Below, piece after piece: positions 19,150-29,371 of a stretch of DNA of 64,000 nucleotides. The position numbers were made by a program, and so were the translations under genes. This DNA comes from Chitinophaga pinensis (lineage in GTDB: Bacteria > Bacteroidota > Bacteroidia > Bacteroidales > GCA-2748055). The DNA is taken from assembly GCA_945863035.1 (NCBI GenBank), contig CAMAZH010000004.1, positions 7,313 to 71,312 of the forward strand. The letters are read 5' to 3'. How positions within the stretch are numbered: position 1 is the first letter of the stretch; every line of letters starts with the position of its first letter. Under the pieces are notes generated by a model. That model did not search any database. It was given only the letters and a program-made list of their open reading frames with translations, and was not told where the DNA came from.

Positions 19150-19926
19150 TTAGCGACGATATCTCGCTGTAGACCTGAAAACAGGATACCCGCGACGGTC
19201 GGTTTGTATTTTGTAAATGGCACTAAACATACCGAAGTCGTATAGATCATTGTGCTGTGAAAATTGCGATGTGTACCCATCAATATAATCTGTTGTAGTG
19301 AACCTTCGCCCAAGTTCTACTCCGAGGGACCATTTTGAGTCGATGGTGAATTTTAATCCTAATCCTAAGGGGAAAGCAACTCCAAACTTGCTGAGATCCT
19401 CCAGAATCTTTGGCTTTCCTTCACTGTCTAACAGCACCGGATTGCTAAACGCCCCACCGATACCCCCAAAAAGATACAGGTAAACTTTCGAGTAATTGTT
19501 TACCATTCCCCTGCGGTTGAACCAAGCAGATGAACTTGTTGACCTGCTTTCAGGAATCAGATAATACTCAAACTGCAAAGAGGGCTCAAAAATTGTGGAG
19601 GTAAAAGAAAAATTTCGTCCGTCGTTCCGGGAATTCAAGTCGCTGCCCGCTAAAAACCCATAAATGAAGTTCATCTTGACAGCCATATCCCCGGATATTT
19701 TATACCTGGCACCAAATGCAAAAGAAGGCCGCGTATACTGGAGCTGAATATCCTTAAAGCCCCCTGCATTTGCGAAATCTTTTGTGCCTCCGATATCTCC
19801 GTAGAAATGAGAGGTGCCAATGCTAAAGTTCGCCTCATACCGCCTGAGCTTCCACTTTTGTGCATGGGAAGTGACAGGAATCAGTGCTGCAATAAGAAAT
19901 ATGAAGATTAGCCGTCTTATACTCAT
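19150..19926 (-). CDS. DUF6089-family outer membrane beta-barrel paralog
   Basis: Signal peptide, GTSHFYGDIG, RNFSF, TDYIDG, NDLY; TATCTTTG box at 19947-19954 (minus). Confidence 0.8.
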   Translation of the reverse strand: MSIRRLIFIFLIAALIPVTSHAQKWKLRRYEANFSIGTSHFYGDIGGTKDFANAGGFKDIQLQYTRPSFAFGARYKISGDMAVKMNFIYGFLAGSDLNSRNDGRNFSFTSTIFEPSLQFEYYLIPESRSTSSSAWFNRRGMVNNYSKVYLYLFGGIGGAFSNPVLLDSEGKPKILEDLSKFGVAFPLGLGLKFTIDSKWSLGVELGRRFTTTDYIDGYTSQFSQHNDLYDFGMFSAIYKIQTDRRGYPVFRSTARYRR

Positions 19927-20126
19927 TTCTAAATCCTTAAGATTAGCAAAGATATAAATTAATTAAAAAAAACCACTCTTTTTGTGAAATCCCATGCTGC
20001 GAATTTTAACTAATTAATAAACATAGGGCATACATGGCGTTAAATTTCAAAATAGTTGAAGCTTTGTTCTTTCAGAATTCAGCCACAAAACCCTTTTTTA
20101 TTCCCGAAAACTGCATTCGCAAACTT

Positions 20127-21008
20127 TTAATTCCTTTTGTCAACACCCCACATCAGCTTGTTCCTGAGAGTATTGTAGAAACTGGTGCTTTCAAACTTAA
20201 CCAGCTTTAGGCTGTATGGGGCTTTATCGATGTTCAGGACGGTGTCGTTTTCTACCTCGTGGGTTCTGGAATCAATAGATACAAGAAAACGGTCGGCCCT
20301 TGACTTTACCCTGAGGGTAATGGTTTTATGGTCGGGAACAATCAGCGGCCTTACACTCAGGTTGTGTGGTGCAACAGGCGAAATCACGAAGGTGCGTGAC
20401 TCCGGAAGAACAATGGGGCCGCCCACGCTCATTGAATAGGCGGTTGATCCCGTGGGAGTGGAAATGATGAGCCCGTCGGCCCAGTAGGAGTTCAGGTACT
20501 CCCCATCCAATTCAGCTATCACGCTGATCATACCTGCTCCGAATTTGTGAACCGTTATTTCGTTTAAGGCCAAATTGTACTCGTCGCGGAGAAAACTATT
20601 GCTCATAACCCGAATCAGAGACCTTTCTTCCAGAGAGTATTTCCCCTGAAACAAATCCTCAGCCGAGACGCAAATCTCATCCCTCGATATGTTGGCAAGA
20701 AAACCCAAACGCCCTGTGTTTATTCCAATTACCGGTATATCACGGTCCTTTACAATTTTCACGGTCTCCAAAAAAGTCCCGTCTCCCCCGAAAGAAAACA
20801 AGAAATCGGTTGCCGCAGGGAGGCTTTCATGGCCGCTAAAAGTTGAAAAAGCCCCTGCATTGATTACCGACTGCTGGAGAAGAAAAGCGGCGAAATCCTC
20901 GTGAATAATTATTTCAGCATTGTGCCTCCTGAAAATATCGAACAAGGAACTGATATTCCCATTAAAGTCCTCACTGAAATCCTTCCCGAAAAGGGCAATC
21001 TTTTTCAT
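20127..21008 (-). CDS. nadK: NAD kinase
   Basis: GGDGT, GINTGRLGFL, NE, DGLIISTPTGSTAY; ATG at 21008. Confidence 0.95.
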   Translation of the reverse strand: MKKIALFGKDFSEDFNGNISSLFDIFRRHNAEIIIHEDFAAFLLQQSVINAGAFSTFSGHESLPAATDFLFSFGGDGTFLETVKIVKDRDIPVIGINTGRLGFLANISRDEICVSAEDLFQGKYSLEERSLIRVMSNSFLRDEYNLALNEITVHKFGAGMISVIAELDGEYLNSYWADGLIISTPTGSTAYSMSVGGPIVLPESRTFVISPVAPHNLSVRPLIVPDHKTITLRVKSRADRFLVSIDSRTHEVENDTVLNIDKAPYSLKLVKFESTSFYNTLRNKLMWGVDKRN

Positions 21009-21036
21009 ATTTGGTTTTTTATTCTCCACTCATTCA

Positions 21037-21274
21037 AACAACAAACACCGAACAACAAACGCCGAACACCGAACGCCGAACTCCAAACGCCGAACGCCGA
21101 ACGCCGAACGCCGAACGCTGAACTCCAAACTCCGAACGCCGAACTCCAAACTCCGAACGCTGAACTCCAAACGCCGAACGCCGAACGCCGAACTCCGAAC
21201 GCCGAACTCCGAACGCCGAACTCCGAACGCCGAACGCTGAACTCCAAACTCCAAACTCCAAACTCCAAACTCCA
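21037..21274. repeat. Heptamer tandem array, 34 units (AACTCCA/AACGCCG/AACTCCG/AACGCTG variants)
   Basis: 238 bp in unbroken 7-bp register between the CBS gene stop and nadK. Confidence 0.95.
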
Positions 21275-21276
21275 AA

Positions 21277-21942
21277 CTATATATTAAGGTATCTCATAAA
21301 CAAATCATACCGGTTTTTCAACATGGCATCTCCCTCATCATCTTTCATATAGGATGCGGTGATGTTGTAATCGTACCTCTCAAAGGTCTGAATAACAGAG
21401 GATAGTTCGGTTCGGTTGATTTTTAGGGTAACATATAGCTTTGTGGAGTCGGAGGGAGTTGAAATGTAAAGGCTTAGGATTTTCGCGTCGTTTCCTTCCA
21501 CAATCTGAGCTATCTGTGATAAGGAATAGTCATTTACATTGATTTCCAGAACAATTATGCCTCCGGGCTGCTTCAGTGCCGACAGATCGGCGAAATGAAG
21601 AACCAGGTCGTTGGTGGTGATGGTTCCCAGGAACTCATTGTTTCGGGCCAAAACCGGTATGGCACTGAGCTTGAGCCGGGATGCCAGCTCTATTACCTCG
21701 TAAATATGCTGGTCTTCATACACATATGGACTGAAAAGCGAGAGTTTATGATTCCCTATAGCCTCGTTGGCCATGTTAAGGTTGTAAATATCCTTGTCTG
21801 AAATCAGGCCGAGAAACTCAAGGTTGTTCACAATCGGGAGATGCGAAATCCTGAAAATATCCATCCATGAAAGAGCCTGAGATCCACTATCCGAGGTCTT
21901 CAAGGCGGGTACAACATCCGACATTAAATCTCTTGCCAGCAT
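21277..21942 (-). CDS. CBS-pair + ACT-like (AcuB-like) protein
   Basis: HLPIV..FLGLIS, AIPVL..FLGTIT, IVEGNDAKIL; usual nadK neighbour. Confidence 0.85.
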   Translation of the reverse strand: MLARDLMSDVVPALKTSDSGSQALSWMDIFRISHLPIVNNLEFLGLISDKDIYNLNMANEAIGNHKLSLFSPYVYEDQHIYEVIELASRLKLSAIPVLARNNEFLGTITTNDLVLHFADLSALKQPGGIIVLEINVNDYSLSQIAQIVEGNDAKILSLYISTPSDSTKLYVTLKINRTELSSVIQTFERYDYNITASYMKDDEGDAMLKNRYDLFMRYLNI

Positions 21943-21983
21943 AATTATTTTATCTCCTAGTATTTATTCTCAAGGCTCTGATG

Positions 21984-21991
21984 TAAATTTG
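21984..21991 (+). promoter_or_regulatory. -7 box TAAATTTG of pdxJ
   Basis: TAnnTTTG 22 nt before the ATG. Confidence 0.6.
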
Positions 21992-22013
21992 CCGTGCACT
22001 TATTTAAAAAGTC

Positions 22014-22727
22014 ATGACCAGATTAAGCGTAAATATAAATAAAATTGCAACACTCAGGAACTCCCGGGGCGGAAATATTCCTGATGTCCTTAAGACAGCG
22101 GTCGATTGTGAGCGCTACGGTGCCGAAGGCATCACGGTTCACCCGCGGCCCGATGAGCGACACATCCGCTATCAGGATGTCAGGGATCTTAAACCACTTG
22201 TGAAGACGGAATTTAACATCGAAGGGTATCCTTCCGACAGTTTCCTTCAGCTGGTTTATGAAGTGTTGCCCGATCAGGTTACTCTGGTTCCCGATCCTCC
22301 GGGAGCCCTTACCTCCTCGGCAGGATGGGACACAATCGAAAACAAGGCCTTTCTTGTCAAAGTTATTTCCGAACTGAAATCCAAAGGGATCAGAACTTCA
22401 ATATTCATCGGTACAGAAGAGAGGATGATTCTGGCAGCGGCCGAAACAGGGACCGACAGGATTGAATTCTACACCGAGCCTTATGCCACCGAATTCCCAT
22501 CGGGACGCGAAAAAGCCATCGAGCCATTTATCAAAGCAGCTATCCTGGCAAACAGCGCTGGTTTGGGGATTAATGCGGGGCACGATCTGAGTATGGAAAA
22601 CCTTAAGTATTTTTCCGATAACATTCCCGGATTGCTCGAGGTCTCCATCGGCCATGCCCTTATCGCTGATGCCTTATATTATGGTCTCGAAAACACAATA
22701 CAAATGTATAAGCGGCAGCTTAAATGA
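22014..22727 (+). CDS. pdxJ: Pyridoxine 5'-phosphate synthase
   Basis: [38 protein letters not shown]. Confidence 0.95.
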   Translation: MTRLSVNINKIATLRNSRGGNIPDVLKTAVDCERYGAEGITVHPRPDERHIRYQDVRDLKPLVKTEFNIEGYPSDSFLQLVYEVLPDQVTLVPDPPGALTSSAGWDTIENKAFLVKVISELKSKGIRTSIFIGTEERMILAAAETGTDRIEFYTEPYATEFPSGREKAIEPFIKAAILANSAGLGINAGHDLSMENLKYFSDNIPGLLEVSIGHALIADALYYGLENTIQMYKRQLK

Positions 22728-22746
22728 TTTCTCAACTCTAAGATTC

Positions 22747-23559
22747 ATGGAATTATCGTATCGTAAAATGGGCCAGGGCCCTCCGATGATTATTCTCCAC
22801 GGTTTGTATGGTTCGTCGGACAACTGGTTTAGCATTGGCAAAGCCTTTGCCTCAAGGTTTGAGGTTTATCTTATCGATCAGAGAAATCACGGAAGTTCTC
22901 CTCATTCAAGGGAGCATAACTATATTGTCATGAGGAACGACCTTCATAATTTCATGGATCTTCACGCGATTGAAAAGGCAGTGATTATCGGCCATTCCAT
23001 GGGTGGCAAAACAGCCATGTTCTTCGCTGTTGCCTGGCCGGAAAAGGTGCAGTCGCTGGTTGTTGTCGATATTTCCCCGGCATCCTACAAATCGCTCATC
23101 CGTTCAACTCCCCAGAGCACCGACCATATGAATATCATCACGGCTATGCTGGGTGTGGATTTTTCAAAGGTAAACGACAGGGAGGATGTAAACAGGATGC
23201 TCTCTGAGTCGATTCCTTCAGAGCGTGTGCGCCAATTTCTTCTGAAAAACATTCGACGCAGTGCTGAGGGTGGGTATGAGTGGAGGCTTAATGTTCAAGC
23301 CCTTCACGATCAGTTGCCGATGATCATGGACGGACTCGATCCCAAACCTTACATGAATGGTAACGGAGTAACCGGGTTCCCGGTACTTTTTGTCAGGGCC
23401 GGACAATCGGGGTACATCGGCGTGGATGATATATCAACCATAAAAACAATTTTCCCGATGTCGGAACTGGTCACCATCCCCTCCGCCGACCATTGGATTC
23501 ATGTTCAGCAACCCGAACTGCTGATAAAAACCATCGAGTATTTTATCTTTGGCGATTAA
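22747..23559 (+). CDS. Alpha/beta hydrolase (YbfF-like esterase)
   Basis: HGLYGS, DQRNHG, GHSMGG nucleophile elbow, HWIH. Confidence 0.9.
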   Translation: MELSYRKMGQGPPMIILHGLYGSSDNWFSIGKAFASRFEVYLIDQRNHGSSPHSREHNYIVMRNDLHNFMDLHAIEKAVIIGHSMGGKTAMFFAVAWPEKVQSLVVVDISPASYKSLIRSTPQSTDHMNIITAMLGVDFSKVNDREDVNRMLSESIPSERVRQFLLKNIRRSAEGGYEWRLNVQALHDQLPMIMDGLDPKPYMNGNGVTGFPVLFVRAGQSGYIGVDDISTIKTIFPMSELVTIPSADHWIHVQQPELLIKTIEYFIFGD

Positions 23560-23596
23560 ACTCATTGCCAAAAGGATTTCGGGGAGTTGGTTGAGC

Positions 23597-24229
23597 TTAC
23601 GACAACTTCGACCCGATCAGATGGATGAACTCTTCCCTGGTTTTTACATTATTAAGGAACGCACCGGTAAATGCGGAGGTGGTGGTTACCGAATTCTGCT
23701 TCTGAATGCCCCTCATAATCATGCACAAATGCTTGGCTTCTATAACTACAGCCACTCCTATGGGATTCAGTGTGTCTTGAAGACAGTTGAGAATTTCAAC
23801 CGTTAACCTCTCCTGAACTTGCAGCCTGCGGGAATAGGCCTCCGCTACTCTGGCGATTTTGCTTAAGCCTGTAATGTAGCCGTTTGGAATATATGCAATG
23901 TGAGCTTTGCCGAAAAAGGGGAGGAGATGGTGCTCGCACAAGGAGAAAATCTCTATGTCTTTCACAATTACCATCTGCTGGTATTCTTCCTTGAACATTG
24001 CCGACTTGAGAATCTCTGCCGGATCAACACCATAGCCATGGGTAAGGAACTGCATGGCCTTGGCTACCCTTTCAGGAGTCTTTGCCAAACCCTCGCGCTC
24101 ATGGTCATCCACTAATCCCTCTAAAATATTCTTGTAGTTGTTTTGTAAAAGCAATGTCAGATCATCATTGTAACTCTCGATTTTCTCATACCCGTTTTCA
24201 CCCTCAATCAGGCTCCTGTCTTTTTTCAT
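23597..24229 (-). CDS. folE: GTP cyclohydrolase I
   Basis: [39 protein letters not shown]. Confidence 0.95.
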   Translation of the reverse strand: MKKDRSLIEGENGYEKIESYNDDLTLLLQNNYKNILEGLVDDHEREGLAKTPERVAKAMQFLTHGYGVDPAEILKSAMFKEEYQQMVIVKDIEIFSLCEHHLLPFFGKAHIAYIPNGYITGLSKIARVAEAYSRRLQVQERLTVEILNCLQDTLNPIGVAVVIEAKHLCMIMRGIQKQNSVTTTSAFTGAFLNNVKTREEFIHLIGSKLS

Positions 24230-24308
24230 GTATCGTAATTTTAAAATTGCCGCAGAACAAACCAAAACACACTTTTTATTTCATATTACTTTGGTCCGTG
24301 GCACCGTT

Positions 24309-24719
24309 TTATCCATAATATTCAACAAAATTATTCTCTGTTTCCTGTATCTTGACACAATGCAGGTCAACGTCAATTTGCTTTAGAAAAGGTTCCATCA
24401 CTTCCCAAATGGCTATTGCAAGGTTTTCTGTTGAAACCATCCTACCCTTCATGAAATCGACTTCCAAATTGATGTTCTTGTGATCCAGCTTGCTAATTAT
24501 GTGTTCTTTGACAAGGGATCCCAATACTTTGAGGTCGACAAGGTAACCCAGTTCCTGTTTGATCTCACCTTTCACGGTAATCCATAATTCGTAATTATGC
24601 CCGTGCCAGTTGGGATTGGAGCACCCGCCATAAAAGGAGGCGTTTTTCTCCTCCGACCAGTCCGGATTGAAAAGACGGTGGGCAGCACTGAATCGTTCTC
24701 GTCTTGTAATAAAAATCAT
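24309..24719 (-). CDS. queD: 6-carboxytetrahydropterin / 6-pyruvoyltetrahydropterin synthase
   Basis: FSAAHRL, CSNPNWHGHNY, LDH, STENLA, ETEN. Confidence 0.85.
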   Translation of the reverse strand: MIFITRRERFSAAHRLFNPDWSEEKNASFYGGCSNPNWHGHNYELWITVKGEIKQELGYLVDLKVLGSLVKEHIISKLDHKNINLEVDFMKGRMVSTENLAIAIWEVMEPFLKQIDVDLHCVKIQETENNFVEYYG

Positions 24720-24757
24720 GGTTATTAAATATTTTACAAATTAAGTGTTTTTAATGC

Positions 24758-24765
24758 TATTTTTG
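24758..24765 (+). promoter_or_regulatory. -7 box TATTTTTG upstream of mqnB-mqnD-rfaD
   Basis: TAnnTTTG match in the divergent spacer. Confidence 0.45.
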
Positions 24766-24855
24766 ATCGATTTTGTTTAAAGTTATTGTATCAAGGTTTG
24801 CTGCATTTTGTTTTTTCAAGGGATTTCAGCTTTAATTCTTTAGTTTATTGGTAAT

Positions 24856-25542
24856 ATGAAAATCCTACTGGTAAGTGCCACACGCAAAGAAATCGAAGAG
24901 GTTGTTGGAACGCTGGGAAATCCAAAAAGTTTAGACCAGGGTTTTCTCAGGGGATTTGCTGGTGAGACCCTTGTTGATATCCTAATAACCGGAGTAGGGG
25001 CTTTGGCAACCGCAGAAAGCCTGAACCGCAGGTTGATGTCATCTGCCTATGATCTGGTTCTGAATGTCGGGATTTGCGGAAGTTTCAACCTTGACTATAC
25101 GCCCGGGACTGTGGTTGGCATTGTGTCGGAAATGTGGGGCGATCTGGGGGCCGAAGACCATGACGACTTTTTGGACCTATTCGATCTTGGCATGCTCAAA
25201 CGGGATGAAGCACCCTACACAGAAACTGAGCTAGTAAACCCCGGAAATGCATTGTCACCCTTTTTTTCCAGCTATCCTCAGGTAAAGGGTCTTACGGTGA
25301 ACAAAGCTCACGGGAACCGCCAAAGTATAGACCAGTGCGTAAAGAAGTATAAACCCGATGTCGAAAGCATGGAGGGGATGGCGGTTTTCAGTACCTGCAT
25401 TTCCCTGGGAGTAAATTTTCAAAGCTTGAGAAGTATATCTAATTTTGTGGAACCTCGAAACCGGTCTGCCTGGGATACCACGACAGCGATCAGGAACTTG
25501 TCGGTGGAAATAAATAAAATAATTCGTGTCATCAGAAAATAA
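24856..25542 (+). CDS. mqnB: Futalosine hydrolase
   Basis: PNP/MTAN fold: ITGVG, NVGICGSF, VESMEG, RSISNFVEPRNR..W; adjacent to mqnD. Confidence 0.85.
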   Translation: MKILLVSATRKEIEEVVGTLGNPKSLDQGFLRGFAGETLVDILITGVGALATAESLNRRLMSSAYDLVLNVGICGSFNLDYTPGTVVGIVSEMWGDLGAEDHDDFLDLFDLGMLKRDEAPYTETELVNPGNALSPFFSSYPQVKGLTVNKAHGNRQSIDQCVKKYKPDVESMEGMAVFSTCISLGVNFQSLRSISNFVEPRNRSAWDTTTAIRNLSVEINKIIRVIRK

Positions 25543-26377
25543 AATACAGCTCGCTTTTTCTACCTGTCCGAACGACACTTTTATGTTTGGTTCGCTTTTG
25601 ATGGGAATGGCTGGCTTTAACCCATCCACCCTCGACCTGGTTATGAGGGATATTGAAGAACTGAACTCCATGGCAGGGAAACACCTGACATCCATCAGCA
25701 AGATCAGCTTTGCTTCCTATCCGTTCATCGCCAGCCAATACGAGATTCTTAACTCCGGAAGCGCTGTCGGATATAAGAACGGACCACTGCTCGTCAGCCG
25801 GCACAAGATTTACCCCGATGAGGTTCAGGACCTGCACATCGCCATCCCCGGTGAACTTACAACGGCAAACCTATTATTGGGTATTCTCTTTCCCGGGGTA
25901 AAACAGAAAACAGCATTTCTTTTCTCCGATATCGAGGATGCGGTTATGGACAGGGCTTGCGATGCCGGACTCATAATTCACGAAAACCGGTTTACCTATC
26001 AGAAGAAGGGCTTGCTGAAAATTGCCGATCTGGGCGAAATGTGGGAAGAGGAATATGATTCACCTGTGCCTTTAGGGGGAATTGTTGTGAAGAGAGATCT
26101 TCCCCATGAGCAAAAGAAAAACTTTGAGATTTCCCTGGCTAACAGCATCCGAATGGCATTTGCAGATTCGAAGCCTATCTGGTCGTTTATAAAGTCAAAC
26201 GCAAAAGAAATGGACGATGAGGTGATTCAGGCACATATCGATCTGTATGTAAACGATTTTTCTATAGATTTGGGAGATAAGGGAAAACAGGCAATCCGGA
26301 TTCTTTTCCAAAAGGCCGCTGAAAGAGGACTGTTGCCTGCAATTCCTGATGAAATTTTTTTCTCCGCACAATCCTGA
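25526..26377 (+). CDS. mqnD: 1,4-dihydroxy-6-naphthoate synthase
   Basis: FSTCPNDTF, DIEELN, IIHENRFTY, PLGGI, HIDLYVN. Confidence 0.92.
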   Translation: MSSENKIQLAFSTCPNDTFMFGSLLMGMAGFNPSTLDLVMRDIEELNSMAGKHLTSISKISFASYPFIASQYEILNSGSAVGYKNGPLLVSRHKIYPDEVQDLHIAIPGELTTANLLLGILFPGVKQKTAFLFSDIEDAVMDRACDAGLIIHENRFTYQKKGLLKIADLGEMWEEEYDSPVPLGGIVVKRDLPHEQKKNFEISLANSIRMAFADSKPIWSFIKSNAKEMDDEVIQAHIDLYVNDFSIDLGDKGKQAIRILFQKAAERGLLPAIPDEIFFSAQS

Positions 26378-26428
26378 GTGTTTTTTCAGGTTTGTTTCAA
26401 GGAAGAGGCTTAAACTAAAATGTAAACA

Positions 26429-27403
26429 ATGATTATTATAACCGGAGCTGCAGGATTTATTGGGAGCAACCTGCTTCAAAAACTCAACGAAGAAGGCTTT
26501 ACCGACCTGGTTTTGGTGGATGATTTTTCCCGTAAAGAAAAGGAATCCAACTATCTGGGAAAGAAGTACACGGCACTTGTAAACCGGGAGGAATTTATTC
26601 CCTGGCTCCGCGAGAATCAGCGATTCGCCGAGTTTGTGTTTCATCTGGGAGCGCGTACCGACACTACCGAATTCGACAAAAGCATTTTCGATACGCTTAA
26701 CCTTAATTATTCAAAGTCGGTATGGAACACCTGCTCCGAATTCGGGATTCCTCTGCTATATGCTTCCTCCGCCGCAACCTATGGAGCCGGGGAACACGGT
26801 TATAGCGACTCCCACGATATTATTCCCTCTTTACAGCCATTGAATCCCTATGGCGAATCGAAGAACGACTTTGATATATGGGTTCTGAAACAACCAAAAA
26901 CACCATCCTTCTGGGCGGGACTTAAGTTCTTCAATGTATATGGTCCCGGCGAAAACCACAAAGGGCGGATGGCTTCCGTGGTGTATCATGCCTTCAGGCA
27001 AATCAGCCAAACAGGGAAGATGAAGATGTTCCGCTCCCACAACCCGGATTATAAGGATGGAGAGCAGCTGCGCGATTTTATCTATGTTAAGGATGTGGTT
27101 GAAATTATGTACTTTTTCCTTCATAACCGCAAAAAATCCGGTGTTTACAATACGGGCACTGGAAAGGCCGAAACCTTTCTGGAACTGGTAACTCAGACTT
27201 TTAACGCAATGGGTATCCCTCCGGCTATCGAGTTTGTTGATACCCCGGCAGATATTCGCGACAAATACCAGTATTTCACCCAAGCCGAGATGGCGAAACT
27301 AAGGGAAGCCGGTTATTCCAGACCCATCCGCAGTTTATCCGAAGGAGTGCCCGATTATGTAAAGAATTATTTGAGTGTTGTTTTTCAGGTAAAAAAAACC
27401 TAA
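26429..27403 (+). CDS. rfaD: ADP-L-glycero-D-manno-heptose 6-epimerase
   Basis: TGAAGFIGS, YASSAATYG, PLNPYGESK, FFNVYGP.E.HKGRMAS, YQYFTQA. Confidence 0.93.
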   Translation: MIIITGAAGFIGSNLLQKLNEEGFTDLVLVDDFSRKEKESNYLGKKYTALVNREEFIPWLRENQRFAEFVFHLGARTDTTEFDKSIFDTLNLNYSKSVWNTCSEFGIPLLYASSAATYGAGEHGYSDSHDIIPSLQPLNPYGESKNDFDIWVLKQPKTPSFWAGLKFFNVYGPGENHKGRMASVVYHAFRQISQTGKMKMFRSHNPDYKDGEQLRDFIYVKDVVEIMYFFLHNRKKSGVYNTGTGKAETFLELVTQTFNAMGIPPAIEFVDTPADIRDKYQYFTQAEMAKLREAGYSRPIRSLSEGVPDYVKNYLSVVFQVKKT

Positions 27404-27430
27404 TATTGTTTACAAATTAAAAAATCCATA

Positions 27431-29251
27431 ATGGATAAGTCTAGTCTCTACATCCAGAAGCTCATCGGTTTTTCTCTGGTTTTCCTCGCAGGAGCTTACC
27501 TCTCAAAATACATCGGCACATATTACCTGATTCCAGGATTGTTTTTCACCCTTGCTCTGCTTGTTTCACGAATCACCGGGGAAAAACCTGACTATCTTTT
27601 CGGACTTGAAAAATCGAATGATTTCCTCAACAAAAAAGCCGGGTTTTGGCTGCTCTTAAAGTGGGTTCTCATCTTTTTCGGTTTTCTTTACGATATGGTA
27701 GCATGGACCATCTATGGGGTTTACATCCTCTTTGGATTGGTTCTTGATCTCATTCTGCTTATAAAGACGATACTTTTCTGGCTTGTTCATGCCTTCCTAT
27801 GGTTCCTCAAACAATTTGTTCCGCCTTTGGTGTTCGTTTACAAAATGGCAATTTATTATCTGTTCCGCTGGAGCTGGTGGATATACAAGATCAGTTTCAA
27901 CAATTTAAGGAAGAGCATTCATGTGAATTTTTATTTCATTTCTCTCTGGGGAGCCGTTTTGATGCTCTTTGTCGTTCTGCTTTTTTATGGAGCAGGCATG
28001 CTCATGGGAATCCCGGAAATAGCTGTTGTTGGCGCTGTTTTTTCTATCCTGCCGCTAGTATGGAGCTATGGGGAGATTTCCTCCCTTCGAATGCGAAACG
28101 CCGATTCGGAAACTTATCCTCAGGCAAAACTATACTTTAAAAGCGGCTTCGATGCAGTTAGGGCTGTGCTTAATTATTTTATTGTGTTTCTGGTTCTTGC
28201 TCTTGTTGAAGTTGTGTTTAACCTTCTTGGATGGATTCCCCAGGTCGGATTCAGTTTCATGGGATTGGCCTTGAATATAAATACCTTGGCCTCATTGATC
28301 TTGCTCTTTGTTTTTGTGATTCTGCTCTTTGCCAAGCTGATCATGCCTTCCCATGTTGTTTACAATATGGGTTTCCGTCCTGACCTTGACGGAAGTATCA
28401 GCTTTCTTGGAGTTATTGGCAGACGATTTCTCCGATACATCGTTTCCTTTGTGCCGACGAGCATATTTGGCGCTGTGGTAATTGTTATTCCTGCCATAAT
28501 CGTTTTCCTGGCTGTTGTAATTACCTTGAATGTAAAGGACTCAATCCTCGATTCCCGCTTGGATATTCTAAAACAGCGAATTAGCGTAATGGAGGGATTG
28601 GAGAAATACCAAACCGGGAAGGACCTTGAAAGATTAAGATATTATAAAGCCTTTCCCAATACCATTAACTCCGGATTTGCCGGTATCAAATCCCTGAACC
28701 GAAGTGTTAAGAATCTCAACGAGAATATCCTCAGGGGAGAGGAGGCGGTTGAGAGTCTCACAATTGAGTTTTCCTCAGGAATTGATTCGCTAAATACCCG
28801 AATCGAGACTATTAATGCAAAACCCATGGCAGATAGTATTTCCCGTTCCGAACTGGTAAACCTCGAGCAAGTAAAGAAACTAAGATTGGAAACCTTCAGC
28901 ACATGGAAAGATGACGCTGAGCTTACCCTTGGAAAGATGAAAATAGACCTTGCCGATAAAAAGGGTCTGATGCTCCAGCTTCCACTTGTTTTCCTCCTTT
29001 CAATTATTTGGGTTTCTTTTTTCGGGGGATTGGTCCTTGCATTCCTGATTTCTTATCTGGGTAATGTTTATTTTGAGCTCTACAATTTTAAGGAAGACAA
29101 CAAACCTGTGTATTTTCTACAGGTGGCTTCGGAGCTGAATAAGCGCGATAGAAATCAACCCCTCTTGGGTTTCACTCTGATTGCTTTGTTTGCATTGGCT
29201 GCCGCTTATTTTTTCAGGATTCTTGGCGCGCTTGAAACCTGGCTTTTTTGA
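27431..29251 (+). CDS. Hypothetical polytopic membrane protein with coiled-coil insertion
   Basis: 606-aa ORF, about 11-13 hydrophobic segments, ~150-aa charged helical loop. Confidence 0.75.
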   Translation: MDKSSLYIQKLIGFSLVFLAGAYLSKYIGTYYLIPGLFFTLALLVSRITGEKPDYLFGLEKSNDFLNKKAGFWLLLKWVLIFFGFLYDMVAWTIYGVYILFGLVLDLILLIKTILFWLVHAFLWFLKQFVPPLVFVYKMAIYYLFRWSWWIYKISFNNLRKSIHVNFYFISLWGAVLMLFVVLLFYGAGMLMGIPEIAVVGAVFSILPLVWSYGEISSLRMRNADSETYPQAKLYFKSGFDAVRAVLNYFIVFLVLALVEVVFNLLGWIPQVGFSFMGLALNINTLASLILLFVFVILLFAKLIMPSHVVYNMGFRPDLDGSISFLGVIGRRFLRYIVSFVPTSIFGAVVIVIPAIIVFLAVVITLNVKDSILDSRLDILKQRISVMEGLEKYQTGKDLERLRYYKAFPNTINSGFAGIKSLNRSVKNLNENILRGEEAVESLTIEFSSGIDSLNTRIETINAKPMADSISRSELVNLEQVKKLRLETFSTWKDDAELTLGKMKIDLADKKGLMLQLPLVFLLSIIWVSFFGGLVLAFLISYLGNVYFELYNFKEDNKPVYFLQVASELNKRDRNQPLLGFTLIALFALAAAYFFRILGALETWLF

Positions 29252-29270
29252 GGTTGAGGCTTAGAAAAGC

Positions 29271-29310
29271 GCACGCCGTCACGCCGTCACCCCGTCACCT
29301 CGTCACGCAA
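29271..29310. repeat. Octamer tandem array (TCACGCCG/TCACCCCG-type), 5 units
   Basis: 8-bp periodicity; same family as 1063-1118. Confidence 0.8.
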
Positions 29311-29340
29311 TAAAGAAATCCGATTTTTGAGTACTTTTCT

Positions 29341-29348
29341 TATCTTTG
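29341..29348 (+). promoter_or_regulatory. -7 box TATCTTTG of CNNM gene
   Basis: TAnnTTTG 23 nt before the ATG, TTTG about 20 nt upstream. Confidence 0.65.
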
Positions 29349-29371
29349 CATGAAATTCATCCCATAATCAA

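Noticed and set aside
20901-21287. Five overlapping repetitive ORFs
   Set aside because: Artefacts of a stop-free heptamer array
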